Positions 21,401 to 28,542 are shown, numbered from the stretch's first letter. The stretch is 57,275 nt of DNA from a virus (IMGVR_UViG_3300020463_002067:1-57275), one strand, 5' to 3'. A program made the numbers and translations. Notes: generated by a model from the sequence alone, not told the origin.

Positions 21401-21546
21401 TGTTAAATACACCAGTAGTCGGTGCAAAGATAAAAATTGTCAGAAGACAAGGAAAACGCTGGGCAGATCCAGGAATTTCACTTAATGATGCGGAAAGTTT
21501 GGTAGCACGTTTCTTTAAGGCGGAAAAGGTGGAGCTACCCAAATAA
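6448..21546 (+). CDS. giant multidomain virion baseplate protein (gp7-position), 5032 aa
   Basis: Uninterrupted 15.1-kb ORF coupled to gp6 by TAATG. Contains FG-GAP-like blades, CBM5/12-like W/F..Y..G..V....Y repeats, GSGY..P..ISGGGGSGATA repeats and (F/I)xGDGST repeats seen in myovirus structural proteins. Confidence 0.8.
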   Translation: MAQDESPIPVEGDTSKRKSANLLPKYFRTTANKKFLSSTIDQLMQPGVIEKVDGFIGRKDSKAFKASDNYLSDVTPDRENYQLEPVATITDDLGNTTFYRDYRDYVNASKIRNTDNVDHSLYNSQEYYAWQPHIDWDKFVNFREYYWLPAGPDEIPVFGTAREVKSTFNVKRQDNIDNNSYIFSEENKVSNPTLTLYRGQEYTFDIDCIDMPFSIRTSNSIDDDSNLYNVDVSQQKVEQGSITWKISLESPDTLYYTNGNDIEASGLIIIKDIRDNTQLHVGNEILGKKSYTMQNGYQLTNGMKVKFYGQITPEKYGEGNWYVEGVGESINLIAESDLVITADYLSDVSTEFDAQGFATLPFDDATSYATLKDYIVINRASKDGNQWSRYNKWTHKSVIENVAKINNVPVVLDQTYRATRPIIEFEAGIKLYQFGTESKTAVDLVDTVTNDVFSNIEGQVGYFVDGVELVSGMRVLFTADPDSFVAGKIYEVGFINQNGTLQIALKETTDTAPLENETVLVKSGNNFKGKIFYYDGITWKQTQDKTKVNQQPLFDLYNDTGVQLSTLDSSTFAGNKIFSYKVGTGANDTELGFPLSYRTIENSGDIVFDFNLLLDTYQYDDIADVLNVSTDTALLRKYTSRTSFTNVSGWTKALAKSTQPVVKQITVGARTNNFIVDVYINSGDLNDLEIKAYVNSVRKRENVDYVINRINNYAYVTFNEELTKDDKLVLKTKSSAKKRAGVGFYEFPINFEKNPQNENVTTFTLGEVLDHVESIVDNVQGFEGVFPGVSNLRDLGNGSKYGLKFVQHSGPVNLALYNLTDKDFNSIEAMKYSAFAYIKFKREFLRTADELGFEGYDKVHVDRILSKLHENNTNKDPFYFSDMIPHGGDTKVRHEIEDQSQTIFSLTRGIDYTTLSETAVLAYLNEKQLLINKDYTVSTDGFLTLLNPPTGGDVLDVYEYITTDGCWVPPTPTKLGLYPKFTPEVILDDTYITQPTDITGPWKVYGRDEKTTKSYKGKLGWFYPLYTDELSAQQADTVNGGSGKAHTHIFAGTNKVFYMPDSKMNHATNDSQLHEEYPNAYPVLQGHDGSLWRCFGDFRDNLLLDIEKRIYNNLKLPYDENIVNIADYIPSKNRNTGFTRKQISKTMISEFNSWLETVGTPDYVTNNVYKAGNGFTYNYSSAGDPNNLALTGFWRSIYKDFYNTDRPHSHPWEILGLKEKPEWFDTEYGSSPYTRNNLLLWEDISKGIVRGAEGSKVTYRNKFKNEDIYKFIPVDDEGNLLPPNETGYALGNVPTTNANEFAFGDEGPVETAWRRSSHYPFSLMISWALNQPAQFFGLAFDRSRIVRNGADQLVYKDTSKRIELNQLQFPNSATDDNRVFTAGVVNYMQGYLADNDTVRFTDYKTNITSIENKLGSKIGGFTQKSKFRLILDSRTPTNEGNVFVPEENYKIQLTKSVPTQVYSYSGMIIEVAPSGYIVKGYDKDNPVFKYYPVRRKNSDQVINVGGISENFLTWTEGKTYEAGQIVELSDNYYRVKISHTSGDGFIQDNFQKLAELPEEGGASAYISTNHNASLAELPYGTLFREKQDVVDLMMGYQKYLTSVGFSFENFNKDIEEIENWRLSAKEFLFWTTQNWEAGTILTVSPSAREITFSQEYSVIDDIYDNFYDYSLLKADGKRLLADFATTERDNTNDFGIFVKNTEDGIFHLKMPLIQHEHAIIIDNKTVFGDVIYNRAQGYRQERIKVKGYRSDEWNGSYNIPGFIFDDAKPTEWIAWQDYSIGALVKHKQYFYVAKSNVTGSSIFQDKKFLRLNEKPEQQMLPNFDYKAKQFADFYDLDSDNFDIEQQKLAQHATGYQKRKYLENIINDEVSQYKFFQGAIQDKGTKNVLTKLFDKLGSANKDSLEFFEEWAVRVGRYGATEGDDQFDVILDETKYRQEPQQIELVNEINPQDTSLIYRLSRNDIYVKSKNYNHKPFPTKYFNEDNSYTKSAGYVNPSDVSLSLLTYNDLLQQTNIATNSYIWTASDKSQQTWGVYKLESTDFRISGVTASESDKFTITLDKAPNYTKGDIIGINDISDATDGYYKVDSVSLNVITLENLEGEEVEATDDDAVVNGYITEFKIARLPTLSKANDSFINTNILNNRLWVDDDDTGKWLVLQNKEVFELKPNIINTSAGLLDSTEKDFGSAFSVSSNNNRIAITAPKDLNGSVYIFQRPSDNTDFGFLQQIDEQLFLFDSNGGFGQSVAMSPDGKYLAIGSPHASNVKSRLRGDFNPREPYAIGDIVLYSEQLWKADRVIEADALQVYSNHSSNQQAKENDYDSTTQTYPEIEYIVRGDYTLGADESTDHILVRAEKEQFEGTKSGDILTLKWNKYTTTASAGVLPFNGDSTLTESLINGSHTIIDKVQHIIHIQSALSVPDAGTEITTDTCRAVIQYRKVNNENEMTVYIKDVNGSFQGTGKIYADGILVGDYVESLQITDDYHTGWWHVGVGSSFLSSNLVETKANLVIQNITVEGDTVNDPFFSNILDTKQVQNVLEPTKVSEIGILSHTQGQSNIEVLDSKWWVRTPLAHGSSITVGDKTRLWLNTIRVNGLVQDPSAIGLASTYINNTEHTVADIWNGYVEVRLTNFDLNGDPFIPNVGDTLTDTATGSTGEIAFIERAFSTAKIYIKNRSGTWAVGSDFGVNSNATFVENVPGLGPATRTIGPINSAHMENTISGPIIVIDSSVNIPVVVGGANYLRDLEYWIYSDNTIEGITDVANPPSSINLDWKRVYNIPAIAEGYGTALEEQGTFAIYEMRGTTYQLINYYTVPNSADYRKLGTKLKFVQPTTDSYKLYIHAEGDGTEHNQGRIYFVNKNAEDDWALSVQKNYRGDFRVSATYFEGEFIRFGETIYKANTNLVPGVFNVSQWTAQTNGLDLLGYVPNDTNFSLVESTLEQRNLEAFGSDFDVSLKGEVLISNSMYTSVYEIESGDTVLGLDSSIANRKVVVYRQNGSNYEYSQILEPFNEIEDFGLSIAVSNDGKKIAVGAPNNSDVSKNGGAVYIYIQSGNTFVYNQTLRPIDKSVNIQFGTKIDFDGNTLAVASRGGSMIESATFDTFRDRKNADIKTVDRYILDNKSQVNPVATSFDNNSTVFQTIDQGSGVVSLYETVNNTLLYSQNFAYDLDTQDFGNRMAVNTNHVYIGLPKQQVPNSSILDKGLVAEFRKPMNTTSWSITREPVIPVDTSKFKGVYLYNRKTNGLRTYLDYIDPIQGKIAGPAEQEISFKTSYDPAKYSNSTDATITADTLDYTSDEWIGKLWWDIDSARFINYHQGDISESTANFNTLFAGTNVQVHEWVESKLLPSEWDEQSATADGVENGISGTSLYGDSVYSSRRAYDEASQTFETYYYYWVTNKTTLPEIANRSTTAFDVARYIANPASMGYRFVSMLGDNRFALFNCTPFITDTDTAISFNWWTIENQEQPTHIQYQLISDGLETSVPNREIEQKWFDSLVGFDKNDRPVPDISLPIKNRYGALNDPRQSWFINRTEARKQFIERTNSTLSKNLIVDEFDLTKLTGFDPSPTVATGLYDTTSDSNAELRFVSVARVKPASLTLEVENGVIINVIVNDPGQGYINTPTYRITDTEGSGAELKFELDANGKISTVEIVNGGRDYTNSVAITVRKFAVLVKSDETVSGKWSVYEWDGTEYLRTLTQSYDINLYWQYRDWYATGYNKFTFINHTVDASYQIYALDDEIGDIVKINSVGTGGWLLLRKISNLDTQDYTLSYETIGRENGTIEFKNSLYDTSASNSAFDGASFDKIFYDTEPDTEFRKILEILKSDIFIDNLAVYWNELFFASVRYVLSEQPNVDWVFKTSFVKAKHNIGELQQKVTFQNDSLPSYQDYVTEMKPYKTKIREYLSAYEKIDPASNVITDFDLAPYYNEDEGKIVPQSVQVIGNEVIPGVSDVQNYPSRHWLDNLGFEVLSFSIADPGSGYQVPPKIIISGGGGSGATAEAFIGTGGKVTSVTVTNAGSGYITRPTIQVVGSFGDTGSVARLSPILGRGKARSAHIRCKFDRVTGTYLFQTLNETQTFTSGVDQQIFNLKWPMQLVSTQITVTVDGLESLRSEYTFDNIIDTSKEYTRSYGRITFSNALSVNRTITITYNKAPELLQAQDRINLYYNPTTGMYGNDLAQLMDGIDYGGVEVSSFDFGTGTGWDSDGWFTTTYDTFDTTFEDEIFQIGDDSTRVLNFATPLVANTVYNVYKNGVRLDDPNFGTANPVTNTNAVMQSVTGAGQTGVALYGADDLGTSIILLNEEVIPTGSGDILVFRKSTSDGAFLPDPRSYDTVLTGGDLAFSTARGINPEEIIVDGDDFISPTTSKGPEEQVPGQVLDAVNIRVFHRPKEGGSLLSSNSYRSDGISGVYEFGIQPQNKEGLIVKLNDVILAQSLYKVDYRLKTVTFNTVPNANQEVNIVSISGNGKNSLEQSEFVGDGSTLAYVTKVHYDTNLDYYATVNGKPVESVLTSSGDSTNKDPKAMIVFGSPPPDNSIINFAVYTGIDNFSKIETTEFIGDGSTKLFTLDKTPYSALPNSHNVIVKQGNKILNPGYNQSFNCTLAQREYFLEPWQAPIGSFQSKDIQILLNGKELTIAVEYNLRPANSSVILEPGIGREGDILEVYIRTDGEYAFGDVQNINSNLTWVDSGALLQLNTAPPDGEKLTVYTFNKHDSMDFERQNFDVVARSVIAVGTEDHIQFNHIKAGLVKLRYPAIDAQYVWLTINGILQTPSVDYKLTEDRNFIKHNGSFADDDVIEVIQFSAQGEISPKFGFSQFKDILNRNIYKRLGDVAPLKLAQDLATFDKEILLDDASALSTPDKNSSQPGILFVNGERIEYLIKQGNVLRQIQRGTLGTGVASLHEAGSDVYNQGPNQTAPYADQTIIDEQIGDGSTAVFPLAFTPTSVNEFEIFVAGKRLRKNAVQMFNPALDQDSPEADETALAEFSVDGTTANVTLLNTPVVGAKIKIVRRQGKRWADPGISLNDAESLVARFFKAEKVELPK

Positions 21547-21549
21547 ATA
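21542..21549 (+). promoter_or_regulatory. T4-late-like promoter AATAAATA
   Basis: Overlaps the stop codon of the giant ORF, 17 nt before the ATG at 21567. Confidence 0.5.
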
Positions 21550-21566
21550 CAGTATAGGACAAAGGT

Positions 21567-22178
21567 ATGATTGACAACATAAAAGAAGAAAACGGAGTAA
21601 TGCTCCAAGGACATATTAAAATTTCTAACCCTGAAACGGGCGAAATTATAGTCGATAAACGTAATGCTATCCACTATGAGAACATGAGTATTTCACTTGC
21701 AGAAAGTTTAGCTAATGCAGGACAAGGTACTATCTATGAAATGGCGTTTGGCAACGGAGGAACTAGTATTGACCCAACTGGAATTATTACATACCTAACA
21801 CCTAACAGTACAGGTACTAATGCTAGTCTTTATAACCAAACATTTATTAAAGTTGTTGACGATAGAAGTGTTAATAACACAGACCCAGCAAGAAACAAAA
21901 TTGAATCAAGACATGTAAGTGGTACTAACTATACAGATATTGTTGTTAGTTGCTTACTTGATTACGGTGAACCTTCAGGTCAAGATGCTGTTGATAACGC
22001 AACCAACGCTGATAGTTTATATGTATTTGATGAATTAGGCTTAGTAAGTTATAGTCCATCGGGACAAGGTAGACTGTTAACACATGTAATTTTCCACCCA
22101 GTACAAAAGAGTTTGAATAGACTTATTCAAATTGATTATACTGTGCGTGTACAAAGTTTATCAGGATTTAGTGAATAA
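21567..22178 (+). CDS. putative baseplate/fibre-attachment structural protein
   Basis: 203 aa between baseplate and fibre genes; MAFGNGG and FDELGL..LLTHVIF..K...IDYTVRV resemble tail-collar/fibre-base proteins. Confidence 0.6.
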   Translation: MIDNIKEENGVMLQGHIKISNPETGEIIVDKRNAIHYENMSISLAESLANAGQGTIYEMAFGNGGTSIDPTGIITYLTPNSTGTNASLYNQTFIKVVDDRSVNNTDPARNKIESRHVSGTNYTDIVVSCLLDYGEPSGQDAVDNATNADSLYVFDELGLVSYSPSGQGRLLTHVIFHPVQKSLNRLIQIDYTVRVQSLSGFSE

Positions 22179-24259
22179 TGGCTTATACAATTAACTACTC
22201 AGACACTAACAAGGGAACTATCTCTATTGAAGATAGTACAATTAATCAGCAAACAAGTCTAGATATTCCTGGACGTAACACTACTAGTTATGGGTCAGTT
22301 ATTGCAAACAGTTTTTTAAATTTACTAGAAAATTTTGCTAATACGTCAGCACCAAGAAATCCAATTCAAGGACAGCTATGGTATGATAGTTCAACAGGTA
22401 TTGATACTTTAAAACTATATGACGGAACAGGCTGGGTAAATGCTAGTGGACTTAAAAAAGGAACTACAGCACCAGACGTGGCTAATGCACTACAAGGAGA
22501 CCTTTGGTCAGATACAGACAACAATCAGTTGTATATTTTTACAGGTAGTGGTTGGACACTAGTTGGACCTGAATACAGTGATGGTTTGCTAACAGGTGCA
22601 AAGCCAGTTGTTGTTACAGGTAAAGACGAAGTACTTTATACTATCCTACAACTTGAAGTAGGTGGTTCGCCAATAGCAATTTATTCAACAAGAACATTCC
22701 AACCTAAAACAACAATCCCAGGATTTACACTTATCCAACCTGGCTTAAACTTATCTACAGCAAACATTGGCGGTGACGGTATTGGCAAATATTTTGGTAC
22801 AAGTGAGAAAGCAGAAAGTTTAGTTGTTTCAGGAGCGGCAGTTAGAGCATCTAACTTTTTAAGAAGTGACGTTGCAAGTACATCTTCAGAAAAATTAACA
22901 ATTAGTAATAACTCAGGTCTACAAGTTGGACAAGATGCTATTGTTACATTTGATGTTCAAGGTACATCAGGTGTTGTTACTAACTTAACATCAGGTGCAC
23001 CAATTGACTTTAAAGTTAATAACTTAGGTGTACAGAAAAACGTTATTAGAATTGACTCAACCGAAAAAGTTGGTATTAATACACTATCACCTGCAGAAGC
23101 ATTAGACGTAGCAGGATCAATACAAACAAGTGCAAACTTAATTGTACAAGGTACAACAGACAGTGCAAGTATTGGAACTGGTGCTGTTAAAATTAGTGGC
23201 GGTGTTGGTATTGCTAAGAAACTATTTGTAGGCACAGATTTAAGTGTTGCAGGATCAAGCATAGTGGGTGCAGTTGCACCTATATCTACACAACAATATT
23301 CATTAGGAACAAGCGACAAACGTTGGTCAGCTGTACATGCTGTAGAATTTAGAGGTAATTTAATTGGTAATATTACAGGTACAGTTACAGGTGGTTCAAC
23401 AAACGCAAACAAACTAACAAGTGCAAGTACGTTTGAAATTACAGGAGATGTAAGTTCCAATCAAATTACTTTTGATGGACAAGTTGGTGGTACAACTAAA
23501 GTATTTACAACAGCAATTAGTAATACATTTATTGCAAACAAAACACTTGCTACACAACCTAACAATGATGATGAAATTATTATTAATAGAATCTCAGGCG
23601 ATGACACAGGTGTGTTTAAAATTTCACAAGCGGCACTTGTAAGTAGTGTACCGGTAATTCCAATTGGTACTATTGTGCCATTTGGCGGTGTTAACACTCC
23701 AGCAGGTTGGATATTATGTGATGGTACAGAAGTTAGAATTGCTGATTACTTAGATTTATACAATGCTATTCAATATCAATTTAAAGACCAAAGTCAAGTT
23801 TCGTCAGGATTTTTTGGACTACCAGACTTTAGAGGTAGATTCCCACTAGGTGCAGATAATATGGGCGGTTCAAGTGCTAACAGAGTTTCAGATGTTAACG
23901 CTGATACAGTTGGACTAGCATCAGGTGTTGAAAGTAGAGCAATTGATGTTAAAAACTTACCAGAACACGAGCATGATTTAAGATCACCAAAAGGTGCTCA
24001 GTTCTATGTTATACTAGATGATAGTGGTACACAGCAAGATGCTGATACTATTCCATATGACGCTCCAACAGGATCAGGTGCAGGTCAGGCAAGAACTTCA
24101 TCAGGTGGTGTGTTGAATAGAAGAAATATTGCTTACAACACTAACACAGGGTTAGAAGAATATGAAACATTTGATATTACAGAACTAGGCACACCATATA
24201 ATGTTATGAATCCGTTCTTAACAGTCAAATACATTATCTACACAGGAGTCGGGGGCTAA
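22178..24259 (+). CDS. tail fibre protein with tail-collar domain
   Basis: C-terminal collar motif PIGTIVPFGG..PAGWILCDG...LPDFRGRFPLG, LPEHEH and NVMNPFLTVKYII; N-terminal module shared with the next two genes. Confidence 0.85.
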   Translation: MAYTINYSDTNKGTISIEDSTINQQTSLDIPGRNTTSYGSVIANSFLNLLENFANTSAPRNPIQGQLWYDSSTGIDTLKLYDGTGWVNASGLKKGTTAPDVANALQGDLWSDTDNNQLYIFTGSGWTLVGPEYSDGLLTGAKPVVVTGKDEVLYTILQLEVGGSPIAIYSTRTFQPKTTIPGFTLIQPGLNLSTANIGGDGIGKYFGTSEKAESLVVSGAAVRASNFLRSDVASTSSEKLTISNNSGLQVGQDAIVTFDVQGTSGVVTNLTSGAPIDFKVNNLGVQKNVIRIDSTEKVGINTLSPAEALDVAGSIQTSANLIVQGTTDSASIGTGAVKISGGVGIAKKLFVGTDLSVAGSSIVGAVAPISTQQYSLGTSDKRWSAVHAVEFRGNLIGNITGTVTGGSTNANKLTSASTFEITGDVSSNQITFDGQVGGTTKVFTTAISNTFIANKTLATQPNNDDEIIINRISGDDTGVFKISQAALVSSVPVIPIGTIVPFGGVNTPAGWILCDGTEVRIADYLDLYNAIQYQFKDQSQVSSGFFGLPDFRGRFPLGADNMGGSSANRVSDVNADTVGLASGVESRAIDVKNLPEHEHDLRSPKGAQFYVILDDSGTQQDADTIPYDAPTGSGAGQARTSSGGVLNRRNIAYNTNTGLEEYETFDITELGTPYNVMNPFLTVKYIIYTGVGG

Positions 24260-24260
24260 T

Positions 24261-26102
24261 ATGGCATATCAAATTAATAAGACTAGTGGTGCATTACTTG
24301 TAAACCTAGCAGATGGACAAATTGACGTAGCAAGTACTGATCTTACACTTATTGGTAAAAACTATACAGGATTTGGTGAAGCAATTAACGAAAACTTTGT
24401 TAAGGTTCTTGAAAACTTTGCAAATGCATCATCACCGGCTAATCCATTAGCAGGACAAATTTGGTGGGATACATCAGCATCTAGATTAAAAGTTTATACA
24501 GGTACTGATTGGACAACAGGCGGCGGACCTATTGTACAACCTACAGAGCCTGGAATGGTTGCAGGTGACATGTGGATTAACAATGATGCAAACCAACTTT
24601 ACTTTTTTGATGGTACTGATTTAGAATTAGCAGGCCCAATTTACAATGCGTTCCAAGGTAAGTCAGGACCTGAAGTTGTAACAGTACTAGACAACACAGG
24701 TACAAGTAGAACTATTGTAAAATATTGGGTAGGTGGTACGTTTGTAGGCTTATGGAGTAAAGTTGCATTCACTCCGCAAAACGTAGATACTATTCCAGGA
24801 TTTACAGGAGATGTTGTAAAAGGATTTAATGTTGTTGACGCAGACTTTGTTTTTGCTGGTACAGCCGCTAGAACATCAGCACTAGTTGACAGTAATAACG
24901 TTGCAAGAACAGCGGCACAGTTCCTTGCAAGTGACTCTGATGATGCAACATCAGGTGCATTAACAGTTAGAAACAACCTAGGACTTACTATTGGACTTAC
25001 AGATAACAATGTTGTAAAAGTAACAGTAGACGGTGTTGTAAACGAAAACAATGTTAGTAACCAGAACTATACATTTAGAATGACAACTAGCACTGGTAAG
25101 CAAGATGCAATGACTATTGATTCTGGAAATAACAGAATTGGTATTTACAATACAACGCCATCAGAAACATTAGACGTTGGCGGTAATATGCGTGTTGCAG
25201 GAAACTTAATTGTTGACGGAGAGACAACAGAACTTGATATACAGAAATTATTAGTAAGAGATAAAAGTATTGAACTAGCAAAAGGTGACGATAGTACACT
25301 ACTAGATGACGTTGGAGTAGACGAAGCAGGTATTATAGTAGCATCATCTAATGGTAATAAAGAACTTTTATGGCGTAACGGAACAAACGCATGGACATCT
25401 AACGTAAGTCTTAACTTAACAGGTGCAAGTTCACTTAAATTTAATGGTGTAGACATTATTACTGGATCAGCAGGTGTTGGTCTTACAAGTGTTGGTGCAT
25501 TAACATCAGCTAATATTGGTAGTTTTAGCTTTACAGGCGGTAATAATTTAACTACAAATACAGTTGACGGCAGTGGAAATGGTATGAATATTACCGCGGC
25601 TGGTAATATTAACTTAGTTACACCAAGACAAATTAGAAATGTAAGTGATCCAACAGCAGATCAAGACGTAGCAACAAAAGCATATGTTGATAGTAGCATT
25701 GATTTAGAAGTTTTAGCACTAGCATTAGATGTAACAGGGCTTGGAACAGCAGATTCTGCACAACAGCATACAAATATTGCTACTATTGTGAATGATATTG
25801 CTCCAGCAAGTACGAAACGAGACGGAACACAGGCTAGAATACACTGTACAACTACTACAGGTGCTACAGCAACACTAACTGGCTCTGCCTTAAACACAGC
25901 ATTTAACGAAAGTACAATACTTGTACAACAAAAAGACAACAGCGGCAATGATGACGGATCTGTAAGCGTAATTCAAAGTGCAACATTTAACGATGCAACT
26001 GGTAATATTACATCTACAGTATCTAGAACATTGAAACTATTTAGAGTTACTGGCGGAGCGTGGGTCTACGTTCAAAACTTAACTCCGGGCAGTCTTGTAT
26101 AA
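24261..26102 (+). CDS. tail fibre protein (paralog 2)
   Basis: Shared N-terminus (GKNYTGFGEAINENFVKVLENFA..P.NP..GQIWWD); RIGIYNTTPSETLDVGG; stalk-like motif SDPTADQDVATKAYVD. Confidence 0.8.
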   Translation: MAYQINKTSGALLVNLADGQIDVASTDLTLIGKNYTGFGEAINENFVKVLENFANASSPANPLAGQIWWDTSASRLKVYTGTDWTTGGGPIVQPTEPGMVAGDMWINNDANQLYFFDGTDLELAGPIYNAFQGKSGPEVVTVLDNTGTSRTIVKYWVGGTFVGLWSKVAFTPQNVDTIPGFTGDVVKGFNVVDADFVFAGTAARTSALVDSNNVARTAAQFLASDSDDATSGALTVRNNLGLTIGLTDNNVVKVTVDGVVNENNVSNQNYTFRMTTSTGKQDAMTIDSGNNRIGIYNTTPSETLDVGGNMRVAGNLIVDGETTELDIQKLLVRDKSIELAKGDDSTLLDDVGVDEAGIIVASSNGNKELLWRNGTNAWTSNVSLNLTGASSLKFNGVDIITGSAGVGLTSVGALTSANIGSFSFTGGNNLTTNTVDGSGNGMNITAAGNINLVTPRQIRNVSDPTADQDVATKAYVDSSIDLEVLALALDVTGLGTADSAQQHTNIATIVNDIAPASTKRDGTQARIHCTTTTGATATLTGSALNTAFNESTILVQQKDNSGNDDGSVSVIQSATFNDATGNITSTVSRTLKLFRVTGGAWVYVQNLTPGSLV

Positions 26103-26105
26103 ATA
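26098..26105 (+). promoter_or_regulatory. T4 late promoter consensus TATAAATA
   Basis: Perfect match overlapping the stop at 26100-26102, upstream of an AGGGG RBS and the ATG at 26132. Confidence 0.7.
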
Positions 26106-26131
26106 CATATAACACAATTAGGGGTTAATAA

Positions 26132-27610
26132 ATGGCATACGTAATAAATTTAACAAATGGAGGATCGTTAGTTACAGTCGAGGACGGTACCATTGACCAG
26201 AGTACTTCACTTAAATTAGTAGGTAAGAATTATGCTGGTTATGGTGAAATCCAAAACGAAAACTTTATCCATTTACTAGAAAACTTTTCTAGTGCAAATC
26301 AACCAGCTGGCCCACTTAATGGACAGATTTGGTTTGATAATTCGCAAAAAAAATTAAAGTTCTATGACGGAACTAAGTTTAGAACAACAGGTGGAGCTGA
26401 AATTTCCACAACACAACCAGTTGGATTAACAACAGGTGATTTTTGGTGGGATACTAGCAATAACCAACTATATGCACAGAACTCCGATGGTGGATTTGTC
26501 CTAATTGGTCCACAATCAATTGGTGAAACAGTTAGTGCTATGGTTACTGCACAGGTACGTGATAGCAATCAAGTAAACAGAACTATTATTAAAGGTACTG
26601 TTGATGACGGTGTTGTGTTTATTGTTAGTAATGCAGAATTTACAATAGATACTACTGATGCGGCAAACGCTATCACTGGTTTTGACGTAGTACGTCAAGG
26701 ACTTACACTAAGAAATACAACTAGTGCGGCAAGTGGTGTTACAAGTTCGGCACATAGGTTCCATGGTACAGCAACAAACGCTGAAAAACTTGGCGGAGTG
26801 GCGGCGGCAGACTATGCTCTTGCAGGCGCGGCTAACTTTAGTAGTGTTGTAAGATTTGCAGACGCAGGATTTACAGTTGGTGCGGCAAATGACCTAGCAG
26901 TGTTTATTGATGAGTCAGGATCAGGTAATGAAGGTGTTATTGACAACACAGTTGGACAGAAAATTAGATTTAAGGTTAAGTCAAGTGGTGGTGTAACAAC
27001 AGAACCATTCCATATTCAATCAGGTGGACTTATACCTACAACTACAACAACGTATGATATCGGTGATTCAAACTATAAATGGAGAAATATGTATGCAACT
27101 TCATTTAATGGATTGGCAACACAAGCGATTGCATTACAAGTTGGTTCAAATTATAGAACAGGTGACGTAAACCCAACAAACAATACAGTTGCAGTACGTG
27201 ACTCGAGCGGTAATATTGCCGCAAACGTGTTTAATGGTATTTCAACAAGTGCAAGATATGCTGACTTGGCAGAAAAATACTCCACTGATCAAAATTATCC
27301 AGTAGGAACATTAATGACTATAGGCGGAGATGCAGAATCTACAGCATGTGAAGGCGACGATACTTGCATTGGTGTTATTAGTACAAAACCTGCTTATTTA
27401 ATGAATTCAGATGCAGACGGTCAAGCAATAGCACTAGTCGGAAGAGTGCCTGTAAGGATTACTGGCCCGGTAAATAAAGGGGATAAGGTTTATATTTCTC
27501 AAAACGGAACAGCAAGTGCAGTTACAGTATTAGGCGATATGATAGGTATTGCATTGGAAACAAACGATAGACACGAAGAAACTTTGGTTGAATGTATTTT
27601 GAAGTTATAA
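26132..27610 (+). CDS. tail fibre protein (paralog 3) with C-terminal peptidase-G2/intramolecular-chaperone-like domain
   Basis: Shared N-terminal module; C-terminal YADLAEKY...IGVISTKPAYLMN...IALVGRVPV...GPVNKGD. Confidence 0.75.
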   Translation: MAYVINLTNGGSLVTVEDGTIDQSTSLKLVGKNYAGYGEIQNENFIHLLENFSSANQPAGPLNGQIWFDNSQKKLKFYDGTKFRTTGGAEISTTQPVGLTTGDFWWDTSNNQLYAQNSDGGFVLIGPQSIGETVSAMVTAQVRDSNQVNRTIIKGTVDDGVVFIVSNAEFTIDTTDAANAITGFDVVRQGLTLRNTTSAASGVTSSAHRFHGTATNAEKLGGVAAADYALAGAANFSSVVRFADAGFTVGAANDLAVFIDESGSGNEGVIDNTVGQKIRFKVKSSGGVTTEPFHIQSGGLIPTTTTTYDIGDSNYKWRNMYATSFNGLATQAIALQVGSNYRTGDVNPTNNTVAVRDSSGNIAANVFNGISTSARYADLAEKYSTDQNYPVGTLMTIGGDAESTACEGDDTCIGVISTKPAYLMNSDADGQAIALVGRVPVRITGPVNKGDKVYISQNGTASAVTVLGDMIGIALETNDRHEETLVECILKL

Positions 27611-27624
27611 GATAAGGAAGTACT

Positions 27625-28539
27625 ATGGCAGTAGGCGATATAATTACCGCGGCGCGGTATAACATTATTCAAGCAAGAGTAGCGGCAGTCATTGGACTAG
27701 GGTCTGGTGATGAAGGCTATGGACAATCTAGAACTAGTAGTACAGTTGCAGTAGGAGCAACAATTACAGCTCAAGATATGCAAAACTTGTTTACTGACAT
27801 GACAAAAATTAGATTACACCAAACAGGTTCGGTGCCTGCAGAAATAGCAGTACCAAGTGTAGGTGATACAGTATTAGATTCAAACACAACTAACAAAGAA
27901 GGTTATGCACAATACGAATCATTAAGTACAACATGTCAAAGTGCAAGATTAAGTGCGGCCGCAAACCAACTAGGCTTACAATCAGGAACATCAAGCGTAA
28001 GAAATTCAAGTTGGTCAACTGATATTAACCATACATTTACAGTTACATTTGGCGGATACTCAGTAACTAACGGAGACGGAACAACAACTACAGTTAACGG
28101 TGAAAATCATATGCGTGTATTTTTTAATGCAGGCGGAACAATTAATCTAAGCGGATCAATTGGTAGTGGTAACTCGACTATTAATAATGACTGGCGTAAT
28201 TTAATGAGTAGTGTTGGTACAGTTGTATTTGGTAGAAGTACTACAAGTAATGGATCTACTGGTACTAACTATGGTTATGTAAATTTACCTACAGGTTTTA
28301 CAACAATTTTTAATAAAAATGCATCAGCATATTCAGCAAACGATTACTTAGTTCAAGCAAAAAAGAACGGCAATGTCCTAACTTTTACAGTAACATTTAA
28401 TGAAGACAAAGTAGCAAATCCAAACTTTGACGAAGCAGTTACAGCAACAACAACTAGTACTGCACAGTTAAAACGTCCTAATAATTCAAGTAGCGTTAAT
28501 ATTACAGCGCCAACTTTCAACAATACAGATAACCTATAA
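27625..28539 (+). CDS. putative virion structural protein (Thr/Ser/Asn/Gly-rich)
   Basis: 304 aa, beta-rich composition, repeated AVGDIITA/AVGATITA/SVGDTV; AAGGAAG RBS; ends the fibre block. Confidence 0.6.
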   Translation: MAVGDIITAARYNIIQARVAAVIGLGSGDEGYGQSRTSSTVAVGATITAQDMQNLFTDMTKIRLHQTGSVPAEIAVPSVGDTVLDSNTTNKEGYAQYESLSTTCQSARLSAAANQLGLQSGTSSVRNSSWSTDINHTFTVTFGGYSVTNGDGTTTTVNGENHMRVFFNAGGTINLSGSIGSGNSTINNDWRNLMSSVGTVVFGRSTTSNGSTGTNYGYVNLPTGFTTIFNKNASAYSANDYLVQAKKNGNVLTFTVTFNEDKVANPNFDEAVTATTTSTAQLKRPNNSSSVNITAPTFNNTDNL

Positions 28540-28542
28540 GAG

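Noticed and set aside
22957-25948. Antisense ORFs of 61-167 aa over the fibre genes (also 52979..53431, 54067..54471 and others)
   Set aside because: They lie wholly inside well-supported genes, lack recognisable motifs, and are explained by the codon bias of the sense strand.
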